Source of the DNA: Actinomycetota bacterium | Lineage (GTDB): Bacteria; Actinomycetota; Acidimicrobiia; Actinomarinales; Actinomarinaceae | Assembly: GCA_027729925.1 (NCBI GenBank) | Contig: JAQCEB010000003.1 | Location: 2,996 to 66,995 of the forward strand | Direction: 5' to 3' | Length of the DNA: 64,000 bases | Shown: positions 1-8,962 of the stretch, piece after piece | How positions within the stretch are numbered: position 1 is the stretch's first letter | Layout: every line of letters starts with the position of its first letter | Made by a program: the position numbers and the translations under genes | The notes under the pieces: generated by a model | Told to the model about the DNA's origin: nothing | What the model saw: the letters and a program-made list of their open reading frames with translations, nothing else | Databases searched by the model: none

Positions 1-85
1 ATTTAGAAATTTCTGTCATAACATTCAGAGTCATTTTAGTAAAGATATTTACTAAATATGTTTCATAATTATTAAACTATTTAAA

Positions 86-919
86 ATGGAGCAAATTCTT
101 TTTGGTAAACCTGTAGCTGAAAAGCTTGATCAAATTAGTTCTAAAATTTTTAGAAAATATGAAGCTGAAAACCAACTACCAAAATTGACAGCAATTACTG
201 TAGGCACAAATCCAGCTTCATTATTATATGTTTCTCGAAAACAAGAAAAAGCTATGGAATTAGGTGTTGAGTTCAATTGGATAAAGCTAGATGAATCTAC
301 AACGCAAAATGAATTAAATGAAATAATCCAAAATGAATCAAAAAATATAAATGGCTTAATTGTTCAATTGCCATTACCGTCACACTTAAATGCTGAAGAT
401 GCTATTGACTGTATTGACTATACCGTTGATGTTGATGGCTTAACACAAAAGAATTTGGGGTCTTTATTTACAGATAATTATGAAATAATTCCAGCTACTT
501 CATTAGCTGTTTTGGAACTTTTAGATTTTTATGAAATAAAAACTCAAGATAAGAATATTGTCATTGCTGGTAGGTCTAGGTTAGTTTCAGCTCCGTTAGC
601 AAAAATATTTTCATCTAAAAAATATAATGCAAACGTTACAGTAATACATAGTAAAACGAGTAATCAAAAGCAATTTATACAAAATTCAGATATATTTATT
701 TCCGCAGTAGGTTCTGCAAAATTATTTAACAAATCATTTTTTAAACCAGGATCAACAGTAATTGATATTGGAATATCATCAATTGAAGGTAAAACATATG
801 GTGATATTGATTCTCAAGACTTAGCAGGATTTATCTCTAATAGGGCCCCTTATCCAGGTGGAGTTGGTCCAATTACTGTTTCAGCTTTGTTTTATAATCT
901 TGCGAAGTTACTTAGCTAG
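86..919 (+). CDS. folD: Bifunctional 5,10-methylene-THF dehydrogenase / 5,10-methenyl-THF cyclohydrolase
   Basis: 277-aa ORF with FolD hallmarks in the translation (LIVQLPLPSHL, GRSRLVSAPLA, PYPGGVGPITV). Confidence 0.93.
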   Translation: MEQILFGKPVAEKLDQISSKIFRKYEAENQLPKLTAITVGTNPASLLYVSRKQEKAMELGVEFNWIKLDESTTQNELNEIIQNESKNINGLIVQLPLPSHLNAEDAIDCIDYTVDVDGLTQKNLGSLFTDNYEIIPATSLAVLELLDFYEIKTQDKNIVIAGRSRLVSAPLAKIFSSKKYNANVTVIHSKTSNQKQFIQNSDIFISAVGSAKLFNKSFFKPGSTVIDIGISSIEGKTYGDIDSQDLAGFISNRAPYPGGVGPITVSALFYNLAKLLS

Positions 920-2219
920 AAGCCCATTCCTCTTCACTAATTTTTTTATCCATATCAACTTTTCTTAGTAATAGATAGCCTATTACAAAAAATGAAGTAA
1001 TAACTGGAAGGGAAAGTCTTGCATTTCCTGTAGTAACGCTTACATAACTATAAATTAACGGACCCCAAATTGCTGAAAATCGAGATATAACAGAAAAGAA
1101 TCCCATAAACTCTCCTTCAGCACCTTTTGGCAACATTGAAGCATAAACACTTCTACTAACTGCTTGCAAACCGCCCATTCCCATAGCAGTAAACACCCCT
1201 AAACCAATTACAGGTAAAAACTGCTGTGCAGGTATAAAGTACGCAGCATTACCAACTAGAAAAATAATAAACATTGTGTAATAAAGTGTATTTTTTTGGC
1301 CGATTTTTTTGGCCATATATCCTGCTAGTTTTGCTCCAAAATAAGCAACAAATTGAACAATTACAAAAACAATTATTATTTGAGTTTGATCTAATAATAA
1401 AACTTCAGTGAAAAATGCTGCTGACATATTTATTACTGTTTGGAGACCATCCCAGTAAAAAATATAAGCAATTAAGAAGTAAAGTAAGAATGGAAATTTT
1501 CTAATCTTTTTTAAAGTGCTTAAGTTTCTAGAATAGGCACTTACGATTGAATTGCCATTTGAAGATTCAGATTTTGCTTCAGTAATTTTCATTTTTGAAA
1601 AACTATAAATTGAAAATATTAACCACCAAAAACCTGCAAAGGAGATAGCTATTCTAGAAGCTAAAGCTTCATCAATACCTAATAACCCAGGACCTAAAAG
1701 TATGATTACTAAAGATAGGATTAGTTGCAAACCACCACCTAAATATCCAAGTGCGTAGCCTCTAGCTGAAACAGCATCAATTGTATCTTCAGTAGTGATA
1801 TCTTTTAAAACACTATCATAAAAAACATTCGATCCTGTAGCTCCAAATTGAGCTAAAAAATAAATTGCTAAAGTTAAAATAACATCTCCAGATGTTGCAA
1901 AATAAAAAGAAGATGCAAAAATAGCACCTCCATAAGCAAATATTTTAAAGAATTTCATTCTATTTCCAGACAGATCTCCAATAGCACCTATTGTTGGCAT
2001 AATTAAAAAGAAAATAAATAGTGCTGAACCAATCGCAAATCCCCAAACTTCAGCTCCAGTATATAAATTTCCTCTAAAGAGAAAACCTTCTTTTGGTACA
2101 ACCACACTAACAAAATAGACAGGTAGAACTGCACCTAATGTAGTCGTTTCGTATGCAGATTTAGCCCAGTCATACATCGACCAACCAAATATTGTTTTTT
2201 TATCGTTTTTGTTGTTCAT
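912..2219 (-). CDS. MFS transporter, UMF1/Atg22-like family
   Basis: 435-aa polytopic membrane protein. The N-terminus (IFGWSMYDWAKSAYETT) is typical of the UMF1 subfamily. It overlaps the folD 3' end by 8 nt (convergent). Confidence 0.75.
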   Translation of the reverse strand: MNNKNDKKTIFGWSMYDWAKSAYETTTLGAVLPVYFVSVVVPKEGFLFRGNLYTGAEVWGFAIGSALFIFFLIMPTIGAIGDLSGNRMKFFKIFAYGGAIFASSFYFATSGDVILTLAIYFLAQFGATGSNVFYDSVLKDITTEDTIDAVSARGYALGYLGGGLQLILSLVIILLGPGLLGIDEALASRIAISFAGFWWLIFSIYSFSKMKITEAKSESSNGNSIVSAYSRNLSTLKKIRKFPFLLYFLIAYIFYWDGLQTVINMSAAFFTEVLLLDQTQIIIVFVIVQFVAYFGAKLAGYMAKKIGQKNTLYYTMFIIFLVGNAAYFIPAQQFLPVIGLGVFTAMGMGGLQAVSRSVYASMLPKGAEGEFMGFFSVISRFSAIWGPLIYSYVSVTTGNARLSLPVITSFFVIGYLLLRKVDMDKKISEEEWASS

Positions 2220-2267
2220 ATCTTTCCTTCTCTAAAAATTGTAATCAATTATTTATTGAGATGAGTC

Positions 2268-2296
2268 AATGATTTCAAATAATATCTGAAATCATT
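2268..2296. promoter_or_regulatory. Perfect 10-bp inverted repeat AATGATTTCA-N9-TGAAATCATT in a divergent intergenic region (candidate operator or 5' UTR hairpin)
   Basis: Read directly from the sequence between the divergent MFS (-) and ychF (+) starts. No gene ends here, so it is not a terminator. Confidence 0.5.
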
Positions 2297-2344
2297 AACT
2301 GTTGTAAAAATAGAGAGTTTAATTTAATAATTTACTTACAATTT

Positions 2345-3448
2345 ATGAGTAAAGTTATGGGATTTAAATGTGGCATTGTAGGTCTTCCAAATGTTGGTAA
2401 ATCAACATTATTCAATGCACTAACAAACGCAGGAATTGATTCTGCAAATTATCCTTTTTGTACAATTGAGCCAAATGTTGGCATTGTTCCAGTAAAAGAT
2501 CATAGGTTGTATGAAATTTCAAATATTGTTAATCCAAAAAAAATAGTCTCAACATCCATGGAGTTTGTTGATATTGCTGGTTTAGTAGAGGGTGCCTCTA
2601 AGGGAGAAGGTTTGGGGAATCAATTTCTATCAAACATAAGAGAGACTGAAGCAATTGTTCATGTAGTAAGAGCATTTGACAATGAAGATGTAGTACATGT
2701 AGCTGGAAAGATTTCACCACTAGATGATATAGAGATTATTAATACTGAGTTAATACTCGCTGATTTAGCGGTTGTAGAAAAAATTTACGAAAGAGCCTTA
2801 AAAAGCACTAAGTCAGGTCAAAAAGATGGGTTACCTTTAATAGAATTACTAGAAAAAATTCTTCCTGTTCTCGAAGAGGGTAAAAGTATTAGAACTTTAA
2901 CATTTAATTCAGCAGAGTCTAAATTATTGAAAGGATTTCAACTTCTTACCTTTAAGCCTGTATTATATGTAGCAAACGTAAGTGAAAATGGCTTTTCAGA
3001 GAATCCGTATTTAGATTCAATTGTTGAATTTGCAGAAAATGAAAATTCCCAACATATTTCTATTTGTGCTGAATTAGAAGCTCAATTATCAGATTTAAAC
3101 GAAGAAGAAAAAACAGAATTTTTAAATGATATTGGTCAGAATGAATCTGGCTTAGATAAGTTGATAAAAGCAGGGTATCAATTATTAGGTTTGGAAACCT
3201 TTTTCACTGCGGGCGTTCAAGAAGTACGTGCTTGGACAGTTTCAAAGGGAAGTACAGCACCTCAAGCAGCAGGAAAAATACATACCGATTTTGAAAAAGG
3301 TTTTATTAGAGCAGAAACGATTTCATTTCAAGATTTTATAAATTTTAATGGTGAAAAAGGGGCTAAAGAGGCTGGGAAGCTTAGATCTGAAGGAAAAGAA
3401 TATATTGTCAAAGATGGTGACATAATTCATTTTTTATTTAATAATTAA
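2345..3448 (+). CDS. ychF: Ribosome-binding ATPase YchF
   Basis: 367 aa. G1 motif [32 protein letters not shown], and a C-terminal TGS-like end ([12 protein letters not shown]). An alternative ATG lies at 2357. Confidence 0.95.
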   Translation: MSKVMGFKCGIVGLPNVGKSTLFNALTNAGIDSANYPFCTIEPNVGIVPVKDHRLYEISNIVNPKKIVSTSMEFVDIAGLVEGASKGEGLGNQFLSNIRETEAIVHVVRAFDNEDVVHVAGKISPLDDIEIINTELILADLAVVEKIYERALKSTKSGQKDGLPLIELLEKILPVLEEGKSIRTLTFNSAESKLLKGFQLLTFKPVLYVANVSENGFSENPYLDSIVEFAENENSQHISICAELEAQLSDLNEEEKTEFLNDIGQNESGLDKLIKAGYQLLGLETFFTAGVQEVRAWTVSKGSTAPQAAGKIHTDFEKGFIRAETISFQDFINFNGEKGAKEAGKLRSEGKEYIVKDGDIIHFLFNN

Positions 3449-3545
3449 CTAATTATTAAATAAGTATTAATTTTATTAAGTTTTCTATTGCAAAAAATCC
3501 AAAGATATTCTTTACCTAAACGAAATATATACCATAATTAATCAC

Positions 3546-4946
3546 GTGAAAGTAATAATTATTGGCGCTCAGGGTGAAGCTAAAGAGTTAATTAATCGAA
3601 TTAGCTCTGGATGGAGTGTTGCTGTAATTGATTTAGATCAGGAAAAATTAAGAAATTTTACTACTAATCGACAAATAGAAAAAATTCAAGGTGATGGCAC
3701 ATCAACCTTAGTTCTAAAAAAAGCTGGAATTGAAGATGCCAGTGCACTTATAACTCTTACAAGTAGTGATGAGGTTAACTTAGAGGTTTTAAATTTAGCA
3801 AAGCAAAAAAATATTCTAAGACTTTCATCTGTAGTTAACGAACGAAAAAATATAGAAAAATTTAAAGAGTTAGATGTAGAAATTGTAGATTCGGATGTTC
3901 TAGTAGCTAGAAGATTTGAACATATCTTAGAACCAAGAAGGGTTGTTTCGCAAGCGTTTGCTGGAGGAAGAGCTGAAGCTATAGAAATAGAAATTACCTC
4001 TGATAGTCCAGTGAGAGGTAAAAGTTTAAAAGAGATTGGGTCTGATTTTTACATTGTTGGAGCAATTTTTAGAAAAGGAAAAGTAATTATTCCACATGGT
4101 GACACAATAATTGAAACTGAAGATTTAGTTACCGTAGTATTACAGTCTGGTGCGTTTTCTAGTGTAATAAATTTATTTTCAGGTTCTGAATCAAGATTTC
4201 CATTAGAGTTTGGAAAAGATATATTGGTTATTCTCGAAAGTGAAGAAAGTTTAAAAAATTTATCCGAAGCTGAATATTTTATAAGAAATACTAAAGCAGC
4301 ATCTCTAAAAGTTTTATCAAATTCTAATTTATTTAGTAATAAACTTGAGCCAACTGAAGATACTATTCGAGCAATTTTAAAAGACCAAGATTTTGAAAAC
4401 ATATCTTCTAATAAAGTTAGTTTAAAAGATATTGAAAGCATTTTGAAATCTGAATCAATTGGTACATTGGTTTATCCTTCAAACGTAAATTTATCAAAAT
4501 CAAAATTTAAAAATATTGTTCAGTTATCTAATAAATATAAAATACCTGTTTTGTTCTCAAAATCTACTTATCCATATAAAACTATTGGTATCTTGGTTAA
4601 CAATGATTTTGAGTCTAATAGTCCAAACACAATCTCGTTTGATTTATCAAACTCGATGTCATGCTCAGTTTTAGCAGTTAATGTTTCAAAACCTAAATTT
4701 TTACAAAATGAAGATCAATCAATATTAAAAAGTACATTAGAAAAATTACAAAATTTAGCACTTGCTCAAAATACAAATTTTTTGATTGAGCAGACAGAAG
4801 GAAATGAAGCAAAAGTTTTTTCTGAATTATCTACTAAATTTGAATTGTCTGTACTAGGGATAAGTACTAATAACTGGCAGGAAAGAAAAATATTAGATTA
4901 CGTAACCAAATCATCTAATTCCTCAGTACTTTATATACCAAAGTAA
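3546..4946 (+). CDS. RCK/TrkA-type regulatory protein (TrkA-N + TrkA-C) with a C-terminal USP-like extension
   Basis: 466 aa with a GTG start. It has a Rossmann-like N-terminus (KVIIIGAQGEAKELI...AVIDLD) and a TrkA-C-like segment (EIEITSDSPVRGKSLKEIG...IIPHGDTIIETEDLVTVV). A roughly 230-aa alpha/beta-looking tail follows. The stop abuts the start of the antiporter gene. Confidence 0.65.
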   Translation: MKVIIIGAQGEAKELINRISSGWSVAVIDLDQEKLRNFTTNRQIEKIQGDGTSTLVLKKAGIEDASALITLTSSDEVNLEVLNLAKQKNILRLSSVVNERKNIEKFKELDVEIVDSDVLVARRFEHILEPRRVVSQAFAGGRAEAIEIEITSDSPVRGKSLKEIGSDFYIVGAIFRKGKVIIPHGDTIIETEDLVTVVLQSGAFSSVINLFSGSESRFPLEFGKDILVILESEESLKNLSEAEYFIRNTKAASLKVLSNSNLFSNKLEPTEDTIRAILKDQDFENISSNKVSLKDIESILKSESIGTLVYPSNVNLSKSKFKNIVQLSNKYKIPVLFSKSTYPYKTIGILVNNDFESNSPNTISFDLSNSMSCSVLAVNVSKPKFLQNEDQSILKSTLEKLQNLALAQNTNFLIEQTEGNEAKVFSELSTKFELSVLGISTNNWQERKILDYVTKSSNSSVLYIPK

Positions 4947-6095
4947 ATGGAAAATTTTGAAGCATCTTCTTTAGTTGTAATTGCACTTGGTGCATTTTTG
5001 TTGCCATTATTTGCTGAGAGAATAAAAATTCCAGGTATAGTTTTAGAAATTGCTTATGGAATATTAGTCGGCCCAGTTTTAGGCTTTGTTTCAACTTCAG
5101 AATTTATTTCAGGACTAGCAATACTTGGTTTTTTACTACTTATGTTTTTATCAGGTTTTGAAATAGATTTAGAAACTTTTAGAGAAAAGGGAATTAAGAC
5201 ATTAGCTTTACCATTAGTTATCTACTTTGGAACTGTGGTCTCTGCTTTTTATATAATTTCTACTTTGAAGTACCCACTTTTTCTTGCGTTAGTTCTTTGC
5301 ACAACCAGCGTTGATATTGTAATAACTGTATTGAGAAGCGATGAAACTATCAAGACAAATTATGGTCAATCTCTATTTATAATTGCATTATTAGCAGATA
5401 TTTTGACATTATTAGCTGCAACTGTTTACGCCTCATTTGTTGGTTCAGGAACTTTATCGTTAAATAATTTAAATGTTGTTTTTTACTTTATAGTTGTAAT
5501 TTTAATTTTAAGAATTATTAAAAGAGTCGCTTGGTGGAATCCTCAAATATTTTCCAGAATGTTTGATGGCAATGATCCTGAAGAACTTGGTATAAGAAGC
5601 TCATTGGCGTTGATGCTGACATTAGTTGGCTTATCAGTTTTGTTTGACATTGAACCTATATTAGGAGCATTTCTTGCAGGAACTATTTTTGCATTTACAT
5701 TTTCGAATAGGGGTTCTCTTGAAAACAGCCTTAAAGGATTCTCTTATGGCTTTTTAATACCTATATTTTTTATAAATATTGGTTTAAATTATGACATTTC
5801 TGTTTTCAAAGAAACACAATTCTTTCTTGAAGTAGGATATTTATTCTTGATAGCTGTAGGAGTAAAATTTATACCATCTTTATTATTAATTTTCTCAAAA
5901 ATAAAAATACGAGATATTTTTGCTGCTGGATTTTTACTTTCCGCGAGATTTAGTTTGATTATTGCTATGGCAGAAATAGGTGTTCATTTAAACTTATTGA
6001 CAGTACAGCTAGAGCAACAAATTATTCTACTTGCTGTTTTAACAGCTACGTTTTCACCAATATTATTTAGAATCATAAGAAGCAAAACAAATTGA
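4947..6095 (+). CDS. Cation:proton antiporter (CPA2/Kef-like membrane domain, no fused RCK)
   Basis: 382 aa with about 11-12 hydrophobic segments and a Na+/H+ exchanger-family look (GILVGPVLG, LLMFLSGFEIDL). The ATG lies directly after the stop of the RCK gene. Confidence 0.75.
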   Translation: MENFEASSLVVIALGAFLLPLFAERIKIPGIVLEIAYGILVGPVLGFVSTSEFISGLAILGFLLLMFLSGFEIDLETFREKGIKTLALPLVIYFGTVVSAFYIISTLKYPLFLALVLCTTSVDIVITVLRSDETIKTNYGQSLFIIALLADILTLLAATVYASFVGSGTLSLNNLNVVFYFIVVILILRIIKRVAWWNPQIFSRMFDGNDPEELGIRSSLALMLTLVGLSVLFDIEPILGAFLAGTIFAFTFSNRGSLENSLKGFSYGFLIPIFFINIGLNYDISVFKETQFFLEVGYLFLIAVGVKFIPSLLLIFSKIKIRDIFAAGFLLSARFSLIIAMAEIGVHLNLLTVQLEQQIILLAVLTATFSPILFRIIRSKTN

Positions 6096-6997
6096 ATAAA
6101 AAAAAATTAATTTTATTTTTAAAGGGAACTTTTATGGGGATTGCGGAAATAATCCCTGGTGTTTCCGGTGGTACCATTGCTTTTATAACTGGAATATATG
6201 AAGAACTTATTTACTCAATTAAGTCAGTTGATCTAAAAGCTTTTAAATTATTTTCACAATTACAATTGAGAAATTTTTGGAAACATATAAATGGTAATTT
6301 TTTAATTACCTTAGTTTCGGGAATGGCCATATCCATACTTTTATTCTCACGTATTATCTCTTATTTATTAGATTTTCATCCTTTTAAAATTTGGGGTTTG
6401 TTTTTTGGATTAATTATTGCTTCAGCTATTTTTATACTTAAAAAAATTGATTCTTTTAATTTCCTAACTTATCTATCACTAATTTTTGGATTGCTACTAG
6501 CTTCATATATTTCTCTTGTCAGTCCAACTATGACTTCAAATTCTTCAATTTCTATTTTTGCTTCTGGAGCAATTGCAATATCTGCAATGATTTTGCCAGG
6601 TATTAGCGGTTCATTTATTTTGGTTTTTTTATCCAAATATGAATTTATACTCAATGCACTTAATGAGTTTAATTTTGAAGTATTGAGTATTTTTATTTTA
6701 GGTTGTATTTTTGGTTTGGTTTTTTTTAGTCGTATTATTACATTTCTATTTAATAGATTTAGTTCTGTAGTAATTAGTTTGCTAGTTGGGTTTTTATTCG
6801 GTTCTTTAATTAAGATATGGCCATTTTATGAAGTGATTGAATATAATTTAAAAAATGAACCAGTATATACAAGACCAAATTTACCGACATTGAACCAAGG
6901 TGTCGATATAATTTATTTTTTGGTTTTTACTCTTATTGGTTTTTTTTCAATGTGGATAATAGAAAAGAAATATCTTCGTTCAAACTTAGAAAAATAA
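6092..6997 (+). CDS. DUF368 family membrane protein
   Basis: 301 aa, polytopic. Two copies of the DUF368-type signature (IIPGVSGGTIAFITGIYE and ILPGISGSFILVFL). The TTG start overlaps the antiporter stop by 4 nt. Confidence 0.75.
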   Translation: MNKKKLILFLKGTFMGIAEIIPGVSGGTIAFITGIYEELIYSIKSVDLKAFKLFSQLQLRNFWKHINGNFLITLVSGMAISILLFSRIISYLLDFHPFKIWGLFFGLIIASAIFILKKIDSFNFLTYLSLIFGLLLASYISLVSPTMTSNSSISIFASGAIAISAMILPGISGSFILVFLSKYEFILNALNEFNFEVLSIFILGCIFGLVFFSRIITFLFNRFSSVVISLLVGFLFGSLIKIWPFYEVIEYNLKNEPVYTRPNLPTLNQGVDIIYFLVFTLIGFFSMWIIEKKYLRSNLEK

Positions 6998-7015
6998 AGT
7001 ATATAAAATAAAATT

Positions 7016-7153
7016 ATGAGATTAGGTTTACCAGAACTTTTAGTAATTTTAACTATTCTTTTGTTATTATTTGGGGCAAAACGTCTACCAGGTTTAGCAA
7101 AATCCTTAGGAAAGTCAGCCAAAGAATTTAAATCTGCACTTGAAGAGGAATAA
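7016..7153 (+). CDS. tatA: Twin-arginine translocase subunit TatA/E (45 aa)
   Basis: Absent from the supplied ORF track because it is too short. My translation is MRLGLPELLVILTILLLLFGAKRLPGLAKSLGKSAKEFKSALEEE. This is the canonical TatA layout: a TM helix, the FG hinge, K-LP-L and an amphipathic helix. ATG at 7016, TAA at 7151-7153. Confidence 0.8.
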   Translation: MRLGLPELLVILTILLLLFGAKRLPGLAKSLGKSAKEFKSALEEE

Positions 7154-7448
7154 CTTAACTTTAAGTTTAATTTTACTTTTTTCATTTCTATTTTTAGCAT
7201 GTTCAGATTCAGCTGTTGTTGAATACTCTAATGGACAAGAAGTATATGAAGCTAGATGTTCAGCATGTCATGGTAAAGACTTTGGCGGAAGAGTTGGTCC
7301 TGCAATAGATGCATCCAGTAACGCAGCAATCATGCCAGAATCATACTGGATTCAAACAATAACAAAAGGTAAGGGTTCTATGCCTGCGCAAAGATTAACA
7401 GAAGATGAGGTTACCTTAGTAATCGAATATATATTTTCTAATTATTAG
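7140..7448 (+). CDS. Monohaem class-I c-type cytochrome, predicted lipoprotein
   Basis: 102 aa. Signal peptide ending in the lipobox LFLAC, haem motif CSACH, and a distal Met region (GKGSMPAQ). There is no ATG in the signal peptide, so the TTG at 7140 (inside the tatA 3' end) is the only classical start. The start is uncertain. Confidence 0.72.
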   Translation: MKRNNLTLSLILLFSFLFLACSDSAVVEYSNGQEVYEARCSACHGKDFGGRVGPAIDASSNAAIMPESYWIQTITKGKGSMPAQRLTEDEVTLVIEYIFSNY

Positions 7449-8919
7449 CTCTACCGTACAAAATATTTAATTTAGAAATATTTGTTAAAGGAATTTCTAG
7501 TAAATCCAAAGATTTCAATCTCCACTTCCAATTTCCATCTACAGTACCTGGAACATTAAATCTTGAATCAGCGCCTAACTCGAGTAAATCTTGAGCAGTT
7601 GTAATTGCTAATTTTGAAGGAGTGCTCCAAATTAGTGAAATAAAGTTCCATACATCCTCATCGAATTTTGTTTTTAAATTTTCAGAATATTTTTTAAAAT
7701 ACTTCAACTGAATATCGTTAGCATTCTCTAACCATTGCTTAATTGTTGGACTGTCATGAGTTCCAGTGTATGCAGCATAATTTTCATCCCAAAAATCTGG
7801 GTCAATTTCTTCACTGCCATCTTCATTTGGTATCCTTTGCTCTAATAAAAGCATTCCTGGAATATTATATTGTTTAAGTATCTGATCAGTTATTTCAAGC
7901 TCCACACCCAAATCTTCTGCCAAAAGTCGCTCAAAAGGAACTTTTTGTGCAACTATCTCAAAAAAACTTTTCCAAGGTCCATTCCTCCAGTGCCCATTTA
8001 AAGCTGATTCACCATTAGGTATAGCCCAGTATTGAAAAAAACCAACAAAATGATCAATTCTCAAAAAATCGTAACTTTCAAGCAAAATATTCAACTTATC
8101 AATCCAATATGAATAATTTTCTTCATAATGATTGTCCCAATTATATAAAGCAGTTCCCCAAATTTGTCCCTCAGTTGTAAAAGCATCTGGTACAGCACCA
8201 GAAACAAAACTCATTTTAAAATTTTTGTCTAAATCAAATAAATTTTTATTTAACCAAACATCTGCGGAGTTATGGTTTACATATATTGGAATATCGCCAA
8301 GAATTTTAATATTTTTTGAATTTGCATATGCTTTTACTTTTTTCCATTGCAAATCAAATTGATATTGGGTAAAAACATTAAATTTGAATTCATTAGGAAA
8401 ATTTTTAATTACATGATTGTATAAATCTAATGAATAAGTTAGATATTCTTGTTCCCATTCTGTCCAGTTAACTTTAAACACATCAGATAAAGTTTTAAAT
8501 ATAATATGTTCTTTAATTAGTTTTTTATTTAAAAAATTTTTAATTGCATTATCAGTTAAATCAAGGTTTTTTGAAAGATCCATAAAAATTTGGTTCTTAA
8601 TTTCGTATACATTTTTAAAATTAACTTCGTCCTGTTGTAACGACTGAAGATCAATTAAAAGTTTTTTATTTTTTATTTCTTTTTCAAATTCATCAAGTGA
8701 AATAAGATATGGGTTACCGAGGATTGATGATTTACTAGAGTAAGGCGAATATTCTACTTCGTCTGTTATCCCCAATGGGAGAACTTGCCATAAAGTTGTT
8801 TTGCTATCGTATAATAAATCTAAAAAATTGAAGCAAGAATTTCCAAAATCTCCAATCCCATATTTACTTGGTAATGAAGTTGGATGAAGTATTAATCCAC
8901 TACATCTTTTTATATCCAT
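7438..8919 (-). CDS. malQ: 4-alpha-glucanotransferase (amylomaltase, GH77)
   Basis: 493 aa. N-terminus RCSGLILHPTSLPSKYGIGDFG and an internal LRIDHFVGF, typical of MalQ. Confidence 0.92.
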   Translation of the reverse strand: MDIKRCSGLILHPTSLPSKYGIGDFGNSCFNFLDLLYDSKTTLWQVLPLGITDEVEYSPYSSKSSILGNPYLISLDEFEKEIKNKKLLIDLQSLQQDEVNFKNVYEIKNQIFMDLSKNLDLTDNAIKNFLNKKLIKEHIIFKTLSDVFKVNWTEWEQEYLTYSLDLYNHVIKNFPNEFKFNVFTQYQFDLQWKKVKAYANSKNIKILGDIPIYVNHNSADVWLNKNLFDLDKNFKMSFVSGAVPDAFTTEGQIWGTALYNWDNHYEENYSYWIDKLNILLESYDFLRIDHFVGFFQYWAIPNGESALNGHWRNGPWKSFFEIVAQKVPFERLLAEDLGVELEITDQILKQYNIPGMLLLEQRIPNEDGSEEIDPDFWDENYAAYTGTHDSPTIKQWLENANDIQLKYFKKYSENLKTKFDEDVWNFISLIWSTPSKLAITTAQDLLELGADSRFNVPGTVDGNWKWRLKSLDLLEIPLTNISKLNILYGRANN

Positions 8920-8962
8920 ACATCAATATATTATATGGGTATAATTAAAAACTGATTAATTT

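Noticed and set aside
1-34. Possible 5' end of a minus-strand gene leaving the window (ATG at 34 or 19, MTLNVMTEISK...)
   Set aside because: Only 6-11 codons are visible, so neither coding status nor identity can be supported.
6913-7200. 95-aa minus-strand ORF from the six-frame track
   Set aside because: It is antisense to the DUF368 3' end, tatA and the cytochrome c start. It has low-complexity K/S/I-rich sequence and no recognisable family. The plus-strand tatA explains the region.
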